This document shows positions 1-9,087 of a stretch of 64,000 nucleotides of DNA, piece by piece; the first letter of the stretch is position 1, and every line of letters starts with the position of its first letter. The translations under genes were made by a program, and so were the position numbers. The notes beneath the pieces were generated by a model, which ran no database searches, was not told where the DNA came from, and saw nothing but the letters and a program-made list of their open reading frames with translations. Source of the DNA: a virus; the IMG/VR virus record IMGVR_UViG_3300008954_000045, positions 3,942-67,941 of that record. One strand, given 5' to 3'.

Positions 1-86
1 GGTATCTTGAGTGATTCTATGTCAAGCATTGAATCATCAATTACCGAGTCTTTTGCCACCATTTTGCGAATGTCATCAAATCTCAT
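1..86 (-). CDS. uvsY: UvsY recombination mediator, N-terminal part (runs off window start)
   Basis: Hand translation from ATG at 86: MRFDDIRKMVAKDSVIDDSMLDIESLKIP, matching the KDS.ID...L..ESLKIP N-terminus of marine T4-like UvsY; follows gp3 as in cyanomyoviruses. Confidence 0.8.
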   Translation of the reverse strand, partial: MRFDDIRKMVAKDSVIDDSMLDIESLKI

Positions 87-92
87 ATATTC

Positions 93-120
93 AGTATAGC
101 CCTATTTTGGGCAAAGTCAA
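93..120 (-). promoter_or_regulatory. sigma70-type promoter for uvsY (TTGACT-N16-TATACT)
   Basis: Minus strand reads TTGACT ttgcccaaaatagggc TATACT gaatat ATG; no Shine-Dalgarno, so possibly leaderless. Confidence 0.65.
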
Positions 121-123
121 GAA

Positions 124-702
124 CTAAATGTTGTGAATGTCGTAGGTAGTATATTTGAATGTTACGTTGGCAGTTAAAGGTTCTGGTGATGACGATGTAC
201 TATCGAATTCTAGTCCAGACAGCGTTTCTGGGATAATGTTTTTAAATTGAACTCGAAGGTTTGGTTGCATTGCACTATTGAGAATGAATAGATTTGCATC
301 AGAATAATGGTGTGGTGCATCCTCAATTTCAGCAAAATCTTCTTCAGTTGTGATAGACATCATCCAATTGTAAATTTCAAGCCAGTTTGATAGATCTTCA
401 TCGACAAGAAACTGCATTGTTAGTGCTTCGTACTCTGGTAGACCAGATCTAGGAATAGTGATAAATTGAGTTGGTTGTGGAATCATTATAATACTCAGCC
501 CCGGTAGATTGACATTCTGACAAAAATAGGTCATTGTTGAACACCTATCTAATTCCATTTTGAAATAAGTAGGCATCAATCCATTGATTTTATCTGGTTG
601 CCTAGTAGAGCGATCCGTGTTTGTTTTAGAAAACCCAAACAAAGCATCTTTGTCCGAGGGTGGTATTGGTGTTTTTCCTGTTGAACTGCCAATTGTAGTC
701 AT
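124..702 (-). CDS. gp3: tail completion / tail-tube terminator protein (gp3-like)
   Basis: YFCQNVNLPG, FLVDEDLSNWLEIYNWM, SLSGLEFD-type motifs; downstream of gp23; ATG at 702 preceded by GGAGG. Confidence 0.8.
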   Translation of the reverse strand: MTTIGSSTGKTPIPPSDKDALFGFSKTNTDRSTRQPDKINGLMPTYFKMELDRCSTMTYFCQNVNLPGLSIIMIPQPTQFITIPRSGLPEYEALTMQFLVDEDLSNWLEIYNWMMSITTEEDFAEIEDAPHHYSDANLFILNSAMQPNLRVQFKNIIPETLSGLEFDSTSSSPEPLTANVTFKYTTYDIHNI

Positions 703-719
703 AATGGAATCCTCCATAC

Positions 720-727
720 TATGTATA
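720..727 (-). promoter_or_regulatory. putative late promoter TATACATA
   Basis: TATACATA directly upstream of the gp3 RBS; the same octamer recurs upstream of other late genes. Confidence 0.7.
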
Positions 728-730
728 AAC

Positions 731-758
731 AAAAAGGGGAGTCCCGAAGGACTCCCCT
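731..758 (-). terminator. rho-independent terminator after gp23
   Basis: Minus strand GGGGAGTCC-TTCG-GGACTCCCC-TTTTT (UUCG tetraloop). Confidence 0.9.
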
Positions 759-780
759 AATCGATCAAGTTTTAGAACTA

Positions 781-2160
781 TCAGGCAGTTCCACCAGCGT
801 TGATACCGTGGAGGTTATCAACTCGGAAGATTCTGTAGTAGAGGTTGTTGCGACGTGCGCCGATGTTGTCTACTGATGAAGAAGTTCCGCGAGCGAATGG
901 GTTCTCTACCATTCCATATCGAGTCTTGAACCCGATCTTTGGTTGGAAGGTAGTAGCATCAACTGCACGAACCATCTGGAGTGGAACATATGGGCAATAG
1001 AAGAGTCCAGCATCATATTGACTCTCACCACGATATCCTGCACAGATATAGTTGGTTGTAGCATATGGATCAACATATACCTTGGTGCGACCATTCAGAA
1101 CACCAACGAAAGTGTTGCCGGTATCGTCAACTTCAAGGTTTCCGAATGCTGGCGAGTGATCAAGAATACCACTCATCGAAAGAGCAGAAGCGACATCACT
1201 GGATGTGATGACGATGTTGCCCTTGCCTCGTCGAGTGTCCTTGGAGATCTGGTTACATTCGCGTTCAATTTGGAACATAAGTCCACGGAAACGCTCTGCA
1301 CTCCAACGTCCATCTGAGTCGCTTAGAAGGTCATATACACCTTTGGTTTGACCAGAAGCACCATCGACGGTAACACCATCAGCAGAAGCAAGATCGCTGT
1401 GATCTGCACCAAGAACTGCTTGGTTGTATACGGTGCGGATAACTTCTCGGTTAATTTCGGCGAGAATTTCACTCGAAAGGATATTCGAGAGTTCTGCTTC
1501 TGCGTCAAGCCCGTGAACTGCTTTCAAATCCTGTGCGAGTTCGGTGCTGTATGAAGCCTGGAGCATTCTGCTCTTTGCTTCAACGGCTACACGCTCAATA
1601 CTGAATGCCATCTCGGCGGGAGACTTGCCTTCTGCATTTGAAGTTACCATTCCTTCACCGAAGAGATAGGTGCTACCACCTGTCTCTGATCCGCTAAGGG
1701 GATCGGTGCCACCATGTGTGCCTGCACCGCGAGCAGCAGCAGTAGTACCTGCCGAAGCAGTACCACCAAAGTCGGTATCGGCTTCATTGTAGAATGCTTC
1801 GGTTCCGCTTTGGTTAGTGTAACGCGAACGCATTGCAAAGATAAGTCCGGTTGGACCAGTCATTGGCTGGACACCAGCAATATCATAAGCAATTAGGTTT
1901 GGCATAGAACGACGAACGAGACTAATAAGAACAGGATCGAATCCTGCTACGCTACCGGCTTGCCCGAAGTGAGGAGAACCACCAGCACCCATTGCGTTTG
2001 TTGGGGCCGCTTCGTTGAGTGCTTGCTCTTGGTTCTCAAGAAGGATCGTAGTTACGTTCTTCCTATAAGTGGTTGGAATAGCAGGCAATTCAGCATGTTC
2101 GAGAACTGGTTCCCATTTCTTCTGTAGTTGTTCTGCTAATAATAGTTTTGAATCGTCCAT
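781..2160 (-). CDS. gp23: major capsid protein
   Basis: KWEPVL, LLENQE, FDPVLISLVRR.MPNLIAYDIAGVQPMTGPTGLIFAMRSRY, YCPYVPLQMVRAV, FQPKIGFKTRYG. Confidence 0.98.
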   Translation of the reverse strand: MDDSKLLLAEQLQKKWEPVLEHAELPAIPTTYRKNVTTILLENQEQALNEAAPTNAMGAGGSPHFGQAGSVAGFDPVLISLVRRSMPNLIAYDIAGVQPMTGPTGLIFAMRSRYTNQSGTEAFYNEADTDFGGTASAGTTAAARGAGTHGGTDPLSGSETGGSTYLFGEGMVTSNAEGKSPAEMAFSIERVAVEAKSRMLQASYSTELAQDLKAVHGLDAEAELSNILSSEILAEINREVIRTVYNQAVLGADHSDLASADGVTVDGASGQTKGVYDLLSDSDGRWSAERFRGLMFQIERECNQISKDTRRGKGNIVITSSDVASALSMSGILDHSPAFGNLEVDDTGNTFVGVLNGRTKVYVDPYATTNYICAGYRGESQYDAGLFYCPYVPLQMVRAVDATTFQPKIGFKTRYGMVENPFARGTSSSVDNIGARRNNLYYRIFRVDNLHGINAGGTA

Positions 2161-2187
2161 TAGACTTTTCTCCTTGTTAAATTTTGA

Positions 2188-3183
2188 TTATAGTGCCTTG
2201 TTTTCGGCTTTACGGATACGAGTAATTGATTTGAGATAACGGTCCATTTGTGCGGTACTAATATTTTCATTCAAAATGTTTTCTTCTTCAAATGAATCAT
2301 CCGAACTTACCGAACCGTTGAAATAATTTTCTTTGAGAATGTTGAGTTTTTCTTCGTATTGCTCTGCATTCGAGAATTCAAGTCCTTCTGATAAACTACG
2401 AAGGGTTTCAACTTCGGTGGTGGTGAGACCGTTAGTTGATCTCATAAAGGAGATAGCACATTCTAAAATGTTGATTCTTTTTGTCATTTCAATATTAGAC
2501 TGGAGTTGCTCGTTGAGTTTTTCTTCAAGTTTCTCCGACGTTTCGGTTGCTTCTGCTAAAGCATCAAAACTCTCATCTGGAATTTCAATGTTGTGCTTCT
2601 CAAACAACGATTTGAGATCGGTGATGAACGACTCTGCAATTTCGTTCTTGAGTCCATGTTCAATAGCGATTTCGTTTTCACTAGACCATTCAGTAACGAC
2701 ATAGTTGAGATATTCATCTAATTTCTCAGAAAGTTCGTTGCTGATTCGTTTTGTTTCGTTCTCAAGAAGTGTATTGTGTTCTTCTTGAATTTCAGCACGA
2801 ATGGCTGTTGCTCGTTCTTGGAGTGCGCTCTTAAAAATAACTTCTGCTTTATTGCGGAAATCTTCTGAAAGATCTTCACCACCAAACAAAGCATCCATAT
2901 GCTCTTTGGTTGCTTCCTCAGTAGCAGCAGATGGTTTAGCAGCGATAGAGTCTTTATTTTCTTCTTCTTCGTCTTCGTCTGCTTCTGGTTCGTTAACTTC
3001 GGCGGCACCCTCGTCGCTATGAGCAACTTGATAGAGATCTGCGTCCTCGATGCTGTCGGTATCAACAGTTGGAGTTTCTTCTCTTTTCTTGTTGGGTGCA
3101 TCCACGTTTACAGCATCGTCTTCCATGAGTTCTTCGGACTCAAGGATTTCTTTTGCTAATTCTAGTGCTTCGTGGTCTGACAT
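2188..3183 (-). CDS. gp22: prohead core scaffolding protein
   Basis: Acidic coiled-coil; LFGGEDLSEDFRNKAEVIF, LDEYLNYVVTEW; between gp21 and gp23. Confidence 0.93.
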   Translation of the reverse strand: MSDHEALELAKEILESEELMEDDAVNVDAPNKKREETPTVDTDSIEDADLYQVAHSDEGAAEVNEPEADEDEEEENKDSIAAKPSAATEEATKEHMDALFGGEDLSEDFRNKAEVIFKSALQERATAIRAEIQEEHNTLLENETKRISNELSEKLDEYLNYVVTEWSSENEIAIEHGLKNEIAESFITDLKSLFEKHNIEIPDESFDALAEATETSEKLEEKLNEQLQSNIEMTKRINILECAISFMRSTNGLTTTEVETLRSLSEGLEFSNAEQYEEKLNILKENYFNGSVSSDDSFEEENILNENISTAQMDRYLKSITRIRKAENKAL

Positions 3184-3211
3184 TATAATGTCTCCTTTAG
3201 TTCTTGCTTAC

Positions 3212-3219
3212 TATGTATA
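3212..3219 (-). promoter_or_regulatory. putative late promoter TATACATA (gp22-gp23)
   Basis: Octamer in the intergenic gap upstream of the gp22 RBS. Confidence 0.7.
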
Positions 3220-3223
3220 GTTT

Positions 3224-3874
3224 TCAGATATTTGACAGGAAATGCCTAAATACAGAAAGTTTTGCTTGTTCTATAATTTTCTTGTCTGACTCAGACAATA
3301 ACTTTTTATAATTCTCAACCACTCTTGGTTGGAGAATACCATTATCCCATATCCATTCTTTCCCTTCCATAATACCATTCACAAAAGCATCGGGAGCAGA
3401 AGGATCGGCAACGATGTCAACAGCAGCAAGCATAAAGTCTTCTTGAACGACGTTGACTCCATCTTTGTTAGATTTGATGGAACCCATGCCTCTAGAAGAC
3501 ACACCTAATTTGGCACCTTCATCGATAAGATTTTTGACGATTTTTCCATATGGAGTGTCTAGAATTTTGGCTTTTCCGATGATGTTGTTGTTGTCTTCTT
3601 TTAGTTCGGTTATAAGATGGGACACACGTTCAAGATTAAGAGATGGACCTTCTGGATGTCCAAGTTCTCCCATTGCTCTTTTGTTTTCGACAAGATCCTT
3701 TGTGTATCTTGCAACTTCATTGTTGAGGATATCTTTGGGGTAAACCCTACCATTACGGTTCTTTTTCTCTGCTTGCATAAAGACACCTTCGATGAAGTAG
3801 TTCTTTTTAGAACCTTCGGTTTCTTCGGTGATTGTGCAGTTGATATCTTCTGTTGTTTCGGTAATTAGGTACAT
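3224..3874 (-). CDS. gp21: prohead protease
   Basis: IEGVFMQAEKKNRNGRVYP, GELGHP, LGVSSRGMGS, DIVADPSAPDAFV. Confidence 0.97.
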   Translation of the reverse strand: MYLITETTEDINCTITEETEGSKKNYFIEGVFMQAEKKNRNGRVYPKDILNNEVARYTKDLVENKRAMGELGHPEGPSLNLERVSHLITELKEDNNNIIGKAKILDTPYGKIVKNLIDEGAKLGVSSRGMGSIKSNKDGVNVVQEDFMLAAVDIVADPSAPDAFVNGIMEGKEWIWDNGILQPRVVENYKKLLSESDKKIIEQAKLSVFRHFLSNI

Positions 3875-3877
3875 TAT

Positions 3878-4051
3878 TCATTCCTCGTCGGTTGTTGAAC
3901 TTTCTTTTGGTTTACCAATATTTGCAGAAATTTCAAGTTTTTTATTTTGTACATATTCACCTGTCTTCTTATAGAGAACATTTTGTGTTTCGGATCTTGC
4001 TTGATCTATGTTTCCATTACGCAATGCATTTACAATATCATTGACAGTCAT
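3878..4051 (-). CDS. small prohead core protein (gp67-like), 57 aa, absent from ORF track
   Basis: Hand translation MTVNDIVNALRNGNIDQARSETQNVLYKKTGEYVQNKKLEISANIGKPKESSTTDEE; fills the gap between the 4048 ORF and gp21. Confidence 0.7.
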   Translation of the reverse strand: MTVNDIVNALRNGNIDQARSETQNVLYKKTGEYVQNKKLEISANIGKPKESSTTDEE

Positions 4052-4773
4052 AGTCTAATTCCTTTTGTTTTGTTTATAACAAATTCAACAATTGTGTTGT
4101 GGTTTTTCTTATTTATAATAAATGATTTGGCGAATCGCTTCTGATTCTCCCTATCAAGCATTCCATACACCAAATTGACTCTTTTTATCATCGATTCGTC
4201 TAAATCTATTTTTGTTCCATCGTTCAGTTGTGTAAGGTTGACTAAAATGTCACCAAAATCTACAGACTCACCAAACATATTACGAATCTTTCGCCATATC
4301 CAGTTGTTAGGATTTTCTAATTCATCTTCAATATCAAATTTATCTGCAAGTGCATATGCGGCTTCTGTACCGTCATCAAACTTTCTCTTGTTCTTTTTTA
4401 ACCAAGTGGTAATTTCTTTTTTTGTGTCTTCTAGGAGACACAATTCAAATTGACAATCAATACCTTCTTTGATACTTTGCTTAATGTATCTACGAGTTTC
4501 TCTCTTTGCAATCTTGGGACCAGGGAATATTTCCCATCGTTTTTCGTCAATGTACGCAACGACGGGTTTGGTTCTACCAAGACCAAGACTTTTCAAAACA
4601 ACTCTCTTCCCTGCAATATCAAAAGAATCGATGAATATTTCTTTTTCGAGTCGAGGATCAAGAGCAATTTCGGCAGAATCTTGTTGGAGTTCTGTTTCAG
4701 CCTCTTCTTTAGGTTTTTCCTCTTCCTCATATATCTTACGAAAATCAGAAAAGGATTTTAGGTTTGTTGACAT
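4048..4773 (-). CDS. putative prohead core / internal head protein
   Basis: Likely start MSTNLKSFSDF at 4773 overlapping the portal stop (TGATG); gp67/68 position; capsid-targeting-like N-terminus. Confidence 0.6.
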   Translation of the reverse strand: MSTNLKSFSDFRKIYEEEEKPKEEAETELQQDSAEIALDPRLEKEIFIDSFDIAGKRVVLKSLGLGRTKPVVAYIDEKRWEIFPGPKIAKRETRRYIKQSIKEGIDCQFELCLLEDTKKEITTWLKKNKRKFDDGTEAAYALADKFDIEDELENPNNWIWRKIRNMFGESVDFGDILVNLTQLNDGTKIDLDESMIKRVNLVYGMLDRENQKRFAKSFIINKKNHNTIVEFVINKTKGIRL

Positions 4774-6302
4774 CAATAGTAATCCTCTGTTGTGCCTGTT
4801 GAGATGATGCCCTTCTCTCGTTCGTTTTCTATCTGAGCATCCATTTCTTTGATTTCTTCTTCGGTTTGATTGAGAACATTCTTTCTTATCCACTCCAAAG
4901 AGTAGTATTTACCGATATGTTCATTCATCATACCCAGAAGATTCATTCGTTCGTTTAGAATCTCATTATTTTTGAGTTCAGTAAAATATGAATCTCTAGC
5001 ATATTCAAACTTGACATCATCTTTGATTTTTTCCCATTCGTCTTCTTTCATTATGCCGCGAAGTATCAATTGGACTCGTAGTGCCTGTAAGAACAACTCT
5101 GAAAATTTGGTTCGTTGCTTTTCGATAAACTTGAAGAACTTCAATTCGTCTCTTGATATTTCAGCAGATCTGCCCATATTAAAACCATTATCCGCTTCAA
5201 GACGACTAATAGGAACATTCAATGCACGATACAATTTCTTTTTGAAATATTCAACATCTTCCATTTCACCGAGGTTTTCCCCACCCTGTAGAGTATCAAT
5301 CTCGGTGCCTCTTCCACCTTCTCGTCTAGGTAGCCAAAAATCTTCAAGCATTGACATGTGTTTTTTGTCGTCACGAATTTCTCCGGTATTAACATCATAT
5401 ACCAACTTGTTTCGATATCGGTTCATTATGTCTCGGAGGTATTGCTCTGCTTTGTTCTTTGGAAGAGAACCAACGTCAATATAGAATATCCGACGCTCGG
5501 GGGCTCTGGATATTCGATAAATCACCACAGCATCTTCAATCATTCGTAGTTGATTGAGTGGTTTGATAATTTTGTGAAGATTTCCGAACACTCTCTTTTT
5601 GTCAATGTCATACATTCCCGAATGAACATATATGATTGAATCGGTATTGATTTTAATTCCCTCAACAGCATCAAGACCACCAAGTCTATCATCCCTGTCT
5701 TGATCGGTATAAACAAAGAATTCTTCAACATCTTTGATTACTTTGATACCATCTGAGCCCGTCTCTTTTTCGACTTTCCTAATTTTTCGGATGGATGTGG
5801 CGTCAACTGGTCTAAGTTCTTGAATGCCTTGCTTCTTATTTTTTGGGTTTATGACAATATGAAAATACATTTTTCCGTCAATGTACCACTTACGGAATAT
5901 ATCATAGCCTCGAACGCTAAAATGAAGAAGTTTTAGGATTTTATTAAATTCTTCCTGCATCGTTTCTTTTACTCTATCAGGAAGATTGACTAAATCTAAG
6001 TCCATTTGTACAGTTCTTTTGATATCATCTTGAACTATTGATTCGTTGATAATATCATCTATGGCACTATCCACTTCTGCGTGTAATGACATTTCTCTGT
6101 ATTTCTTAATCAAATCGATATCGTTTTTAATGTTTCCATCAAAATCAACGTACTGACCAAAGAAATTGCCTGCTTCAATCGTTGTTGCCCCATCATCATA
6201 ATCAGGTGGGACGAATGAAACAGGCTTACGAATGGTTGACTCTAAACCAACTTTATTCGTATTTTTCTTTTTACCAAATGAAAATCCAAAGAAATCGGGC
6301 AT
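4773..6302 (-). CDS. gp20: portal vertex protein
   Basis: LNQLRMIEDAVVIYRISRAPERRIFYIDVG, MSMLEDFWLPRREGGRGTEI, YFKKKLYRALNVPISRL. Confidence 0.98.
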   Translation of the reverse strand: MPDFFGFSFGKKKNTNKVGLESTIRKPVSFVPPDYDDGATTIEAGNFFGQYVDFDGNIKNDIDLIKKYREMSLHAEVDSAIDDIINESIVQDDIKRTVQMDLDLVNLPDRVKETMQEEFNKILKLLHFSVRGYDIFRKWYIDGKMYFHIVINPKNKKQGIQELRPVDATSIRKIRKVEKETGSDGIKVIKDVEEFFVYTDQDRDDRLGGLDAVEGIKINTDSIIYVHSGMYDIDKKRVFGNLHKIIKPLNQLRMIEDAVVIYRISRAPERRIFYIDVGSLPKNKAEQYLRDIMNRYRNKLVYDVNTGEIRDDKKHMSMLEDFWLPRREGGRGTEIDTLQGGENLGEMEDVEYFKKKLYRALNVPISRLEADNGFNMGRSAEISRDELKFFKFIEKQRTKFSELFLQALRVQLILRGIMKEDEWEKIKDDVKFEYARDSYFTELKNNEILNERMNLLGMMNEHIGKYYSLEWIRKNVLNQTEEEIKEMDAQIENEREKGIISTGTTEDYY

Positions 6303-6321
6303 AATAAATATATTCCTTTAA

Positions 6322-6837
6322 TCAACTAACCTCTTTAGATGTCCAATATTGATAGGTGAGTGTCACAGTAAATTCAGCAATGGTATCATTCGTATCAAAT
6401 GCAACTTCCATTGCTCCAATGTTCTTCGGCCAGCAACCAATCAGATTGTATTTTCTAACTCCCTTACCCATACGATCTAGTTGCTCAACACTCCAGTCTT
6501 CGTATAGATTACTATCATCATATTTTACAGTGTTCTCAACGTGCTTATTCATTTCGTTGTGCCATTTTTCAAAATCAATGCGAAGTTTCATTTCTGCATC
6601 AGAAATTATTGTAATTTCCCAATCTTCAAATGTTCTATCGCCAGGAATTTTAATCACTCGGCCCCGATATGGTACTAGAATTTCCCCCACAGTCGCAGAA
6701 GGTAATGATGTGCTTTTAATCAGAAATTTAAGTTTCTCATTGTTTCCAACTTTGTTTCCTGCTTGCACCTGAAAGAGATTTTGCCTAAGACCTCCTCCTT
6801 TGAGTGCGCTGCTTTTATAATTTTCAATATCTGGCAT
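6322..6837 (-). CDS. gp19: tail tube protein
   Basis: VPYRGRVIKIPGDRTFEDW, EQLDR.G, IAEFTVTLTYQYW; downstream of the sheath gene. Confidence 0.95.
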   Translation of the reverse strand: MPDIENYKSSALKGGGLRQNLFQVQAGNKVGNNEKLKFLIKSTSLPSATVGEILVPYRGRVIKIPGDRTFEDWEITIISDAEMKLRIDFEKWHNEMNKHVENTVKYDDSNLYEDWSVEQLDRMGKGVRKYNLIGCWPKNIGAMEVAFDTNDTIAEFTVTLTYQYWTSKEVS

Positions 6838-6869
6838 ATATGCCTCCTTTTAGAATTTTTGGTTTATAG

Positions 6870-6876
6870 TATTTAG
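6870..6876 (-). promoter_or_regulatory. putative late promoter CTAAATA (gp19)
   Basis: TAAATA core of the T4 late promoter upstream of the gp19 RBS. Confidence 0.55.
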
Positions 6877-6913
6877 GGGGCTCTATTGAAGAAACCCCCA
6901 CAAATACCAAATT

Positions 6914-9007
6914 TTATGCACCTGCTACTTCGTTGAAATCAACTCCTGTACCGACTGCGATAAAGTTGAGTTGAATGAAGTTGATGGATCTTGCAGGTTT
7001 GATGTAGATGTCTGCAACAAATTCATTTCTATCAATTACGCTGCCTGGGTTGTTAGTTTCATCACATACAACCTTGAAGTCGTAAATGCCTCTTCGTCCC
7101 TTGACATCTCGGAGGAATGGTGTTACCATATTCACGAAACTTGCTCGGGTGAAAGCATCATTGAACTCAAACAACTGATACTTAGCAGCAGTTGCGATTG
7201 CCTTCTCAAGGACAATGAACAGTCTACGAACATTGATACGATCAAATGCACTTGGTTTTCTCTGCATCGTCTTATCACCGTAAAGAACTGTTCCTTCGCC
7301 GGGGAAGGCAACAACTGGGTTGATGTTGTTCTTGTAGAGTGTGTCGCGGTGTGCTTGCTTTGGATTGTAAGGCAATCGAATTACCCCACGAATTTGTCCA
7401 CGGTTGAATCCTGCTGGACTCCACCAAGCATCGTTGGTAAACTCTGTTCGGGCAACCAAACCAGCGACATCTCCGTTGAGGGGAACCCATCGATAAACGT
7501 CATTGTAGGTATCGTACATATACTTCCAACCACCGTCAAACACACCATATGAAGATGATTTGTTTAGATCGTTGTTGTAGTAATCTACGATGTTTGTGGT
7601 TGCAGTCCCCGCAGAACTTTGTCCGACAGCATCTCCTCTAAGAGGAGAGAGGAATGCGACACAATCTTTTCGTGCATCGCAGATATCAATCAATTGTCCT
7701 GCAAGTGTTTGCTCAGCCGGTCCGCCTAAGAGAAGCGAAACATCTACTGTTTCTGCATCATCAAAGAGTTCATACCCGTTAGAGTAGAGCGAAGAGTTCG
7801 AGTACGTTCCGTTTACTCCACCAGTCATAGAAGCATAGAAGTTTCTAGCAAGTTTCTCGAAGTTACTACCACTTCCTTCACCGGCCGGTACAATACCAGA
7901 TTCAATATCTGAGAGTAATGAACCCCATTCTCTACCACCAACCCCGGCACTCACTCCGCCAGAGAATCCAATAACATCTGGGTGATCACCCCACCAAATA
8001 TAGTTTGACGAATCGTTGATAACTTTAACATAATAGTTACTTGTCCCGTCAAACTTCTTGGCATCTTTTGCCTTAGAAGCAGTAAATCGTTCAAGAACAG
8101 TTCCGCGTGTTCCGCTAAATCTACCATCTTCATCAATCACGACGATATCAATTTCGTCGTCAGTAGCGCCAGCATTTTCTGCGTTTGTTGATGTGGACGG
8201 AGTGCGATCAAAGTTACCGGCATATGCCCAAGTTATTGTTGCATCTGACGTGGCCCCGAGGTTTGTGTCGAGGGAAGAAACCGCAGGAGTGACTTTAATG
8301 TGGGTGATTTCGTTAGATTCATTTTGGTGATCTGCACCAGAAGCGCCACCACTAAATCCTGTTACAGTATATGTTGTATTTCCGAGACTGAGATAATCTC
8401 CTACAGCGACTTCACCTCGCATAGAAGTATCTTCAATTTCCAGTAAACTTGCACCGGCACTTGCACCAGTAATACCATCCGAGAACGAAACACTATGTGT
8501 ATCAGACATTGAAACTTTTAGTGAGTTACCAAGAGTTCCGGGCCACTTTGCAGCCCAATAAATATCTGCTGATCCACTCAATCCCTGACTACTAGCACTG
8601 GGGCTAGTCCCTCCCTCTACGTCATTGAGGTAATAATCGTTACTATTTAGAAGTTGAATACCAGAAGAAGATCCAGAGAATGATACTGCGGTGTCACCGC
8701 GAGTTCCGTTCCCTGCTGCCACAGCATTGTATGCATCGTTTGTCTTTCGTACGACCTGAAGACTGTTTCCATACCCTAGGAAGTTAGCCCCAGTAAAGAA
8801 GTATTCGGTTGGGGCGTGATCGTCGCCAACTGTTGGTTTGCCGAATGCACTTACGAGACTTGCTTCCCCATCAATAAGAACAATCTCTTCACAGGGGCCC
8901 CAGTTAAAGTAACCAGCGACTCCAGCCGAAGTAGTAGCAACAGCGGGTACAATGTTTGTAAGATCTTTTTCGGTGACGTTTACGCCTGGACTAATTTGAA
9001 ATCCCAT
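6914..9007 (-). CDS. gp18: tail sheath protein
   Basis: SPGVNVTEKDLT, RKDCVAFLSP, WWSPAGFNRG, SAFDRINVRRLF, IYIKPARSINFIQLNF. Confidence 0.98.
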   Translation of the reverse strand: MGFQISPGVNVTEKDLTNIVPAVATTSAGVAGYFNWGPCEEIVLIDGEASLVSAFGKPTVGDDHAPTEYFFTGANFLGYGNSLQVVRKTNDAYNAVAAGNGTRGDTAVSFSGSSSGIQLLNSNDYYLNDVEGGTSPSASSQGLSGSADIYWAAKWPGTLGNSLKVSMSDTHSVSFSDGITGASAGASLLEIEDTSMRGEVAVGDYLSLGNTTYTVTGFSGGASGADHQNESNEITHIKVTPAVSSLDTNLGATSDATITWAYAGNFDRTPSTSTNAENAGATDDEIDIVVIDEDGRFSGTRGTVLERFTASKAKDAKKFDGTSNYYVKVINDSSNYIWWGDHPDVIGFSGGVSAGVGGREWGSLLSDIESGIVPAGEGSGSNFEKLARNFYASMTGGVNGTYSNSSLYSNGYELFDDAETVDVSLLLGGPAEQTLAGQLIDICDARKDCVAFLSPLRGDAVGQSSAGTATTNIVDYYNNDLNKSSSYGVFDGGWKYMYDTYNDVYRWVPLNGDVAGLVARTEFTNDAWWSPAGFNRGQIRGVIRLPYNPKQAHRDTLYKNNINPVVAFPGEGTVLYGDKTMQRKPSAFDRINVRRLFIVLEKAIATAAKYQLFEFNDAFTRASFVNMVTPFLRDVKGRRGIYDFKVVCDETNNPGSVIDRNEFVADIYIKPARSINFIQLNFIAVGTGVDFNEVAGA

Positions 9008-9087
9008 TGCGCTTTCTCCTTTGTGTTTTATCCTAGCGATTCGCTATGAAATGTTATTTCTTTCTTCATATATATAAATCTATCGGA

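Noticed and set aside
4774-4893. N-terminal extensions in the ORF track (4893; also 732, 35856, 49309, 50223, 50621, 52709)
   Set aside because: They overlap neighbouring genes or regulatory sites; downstream starts fit RBS and homology better
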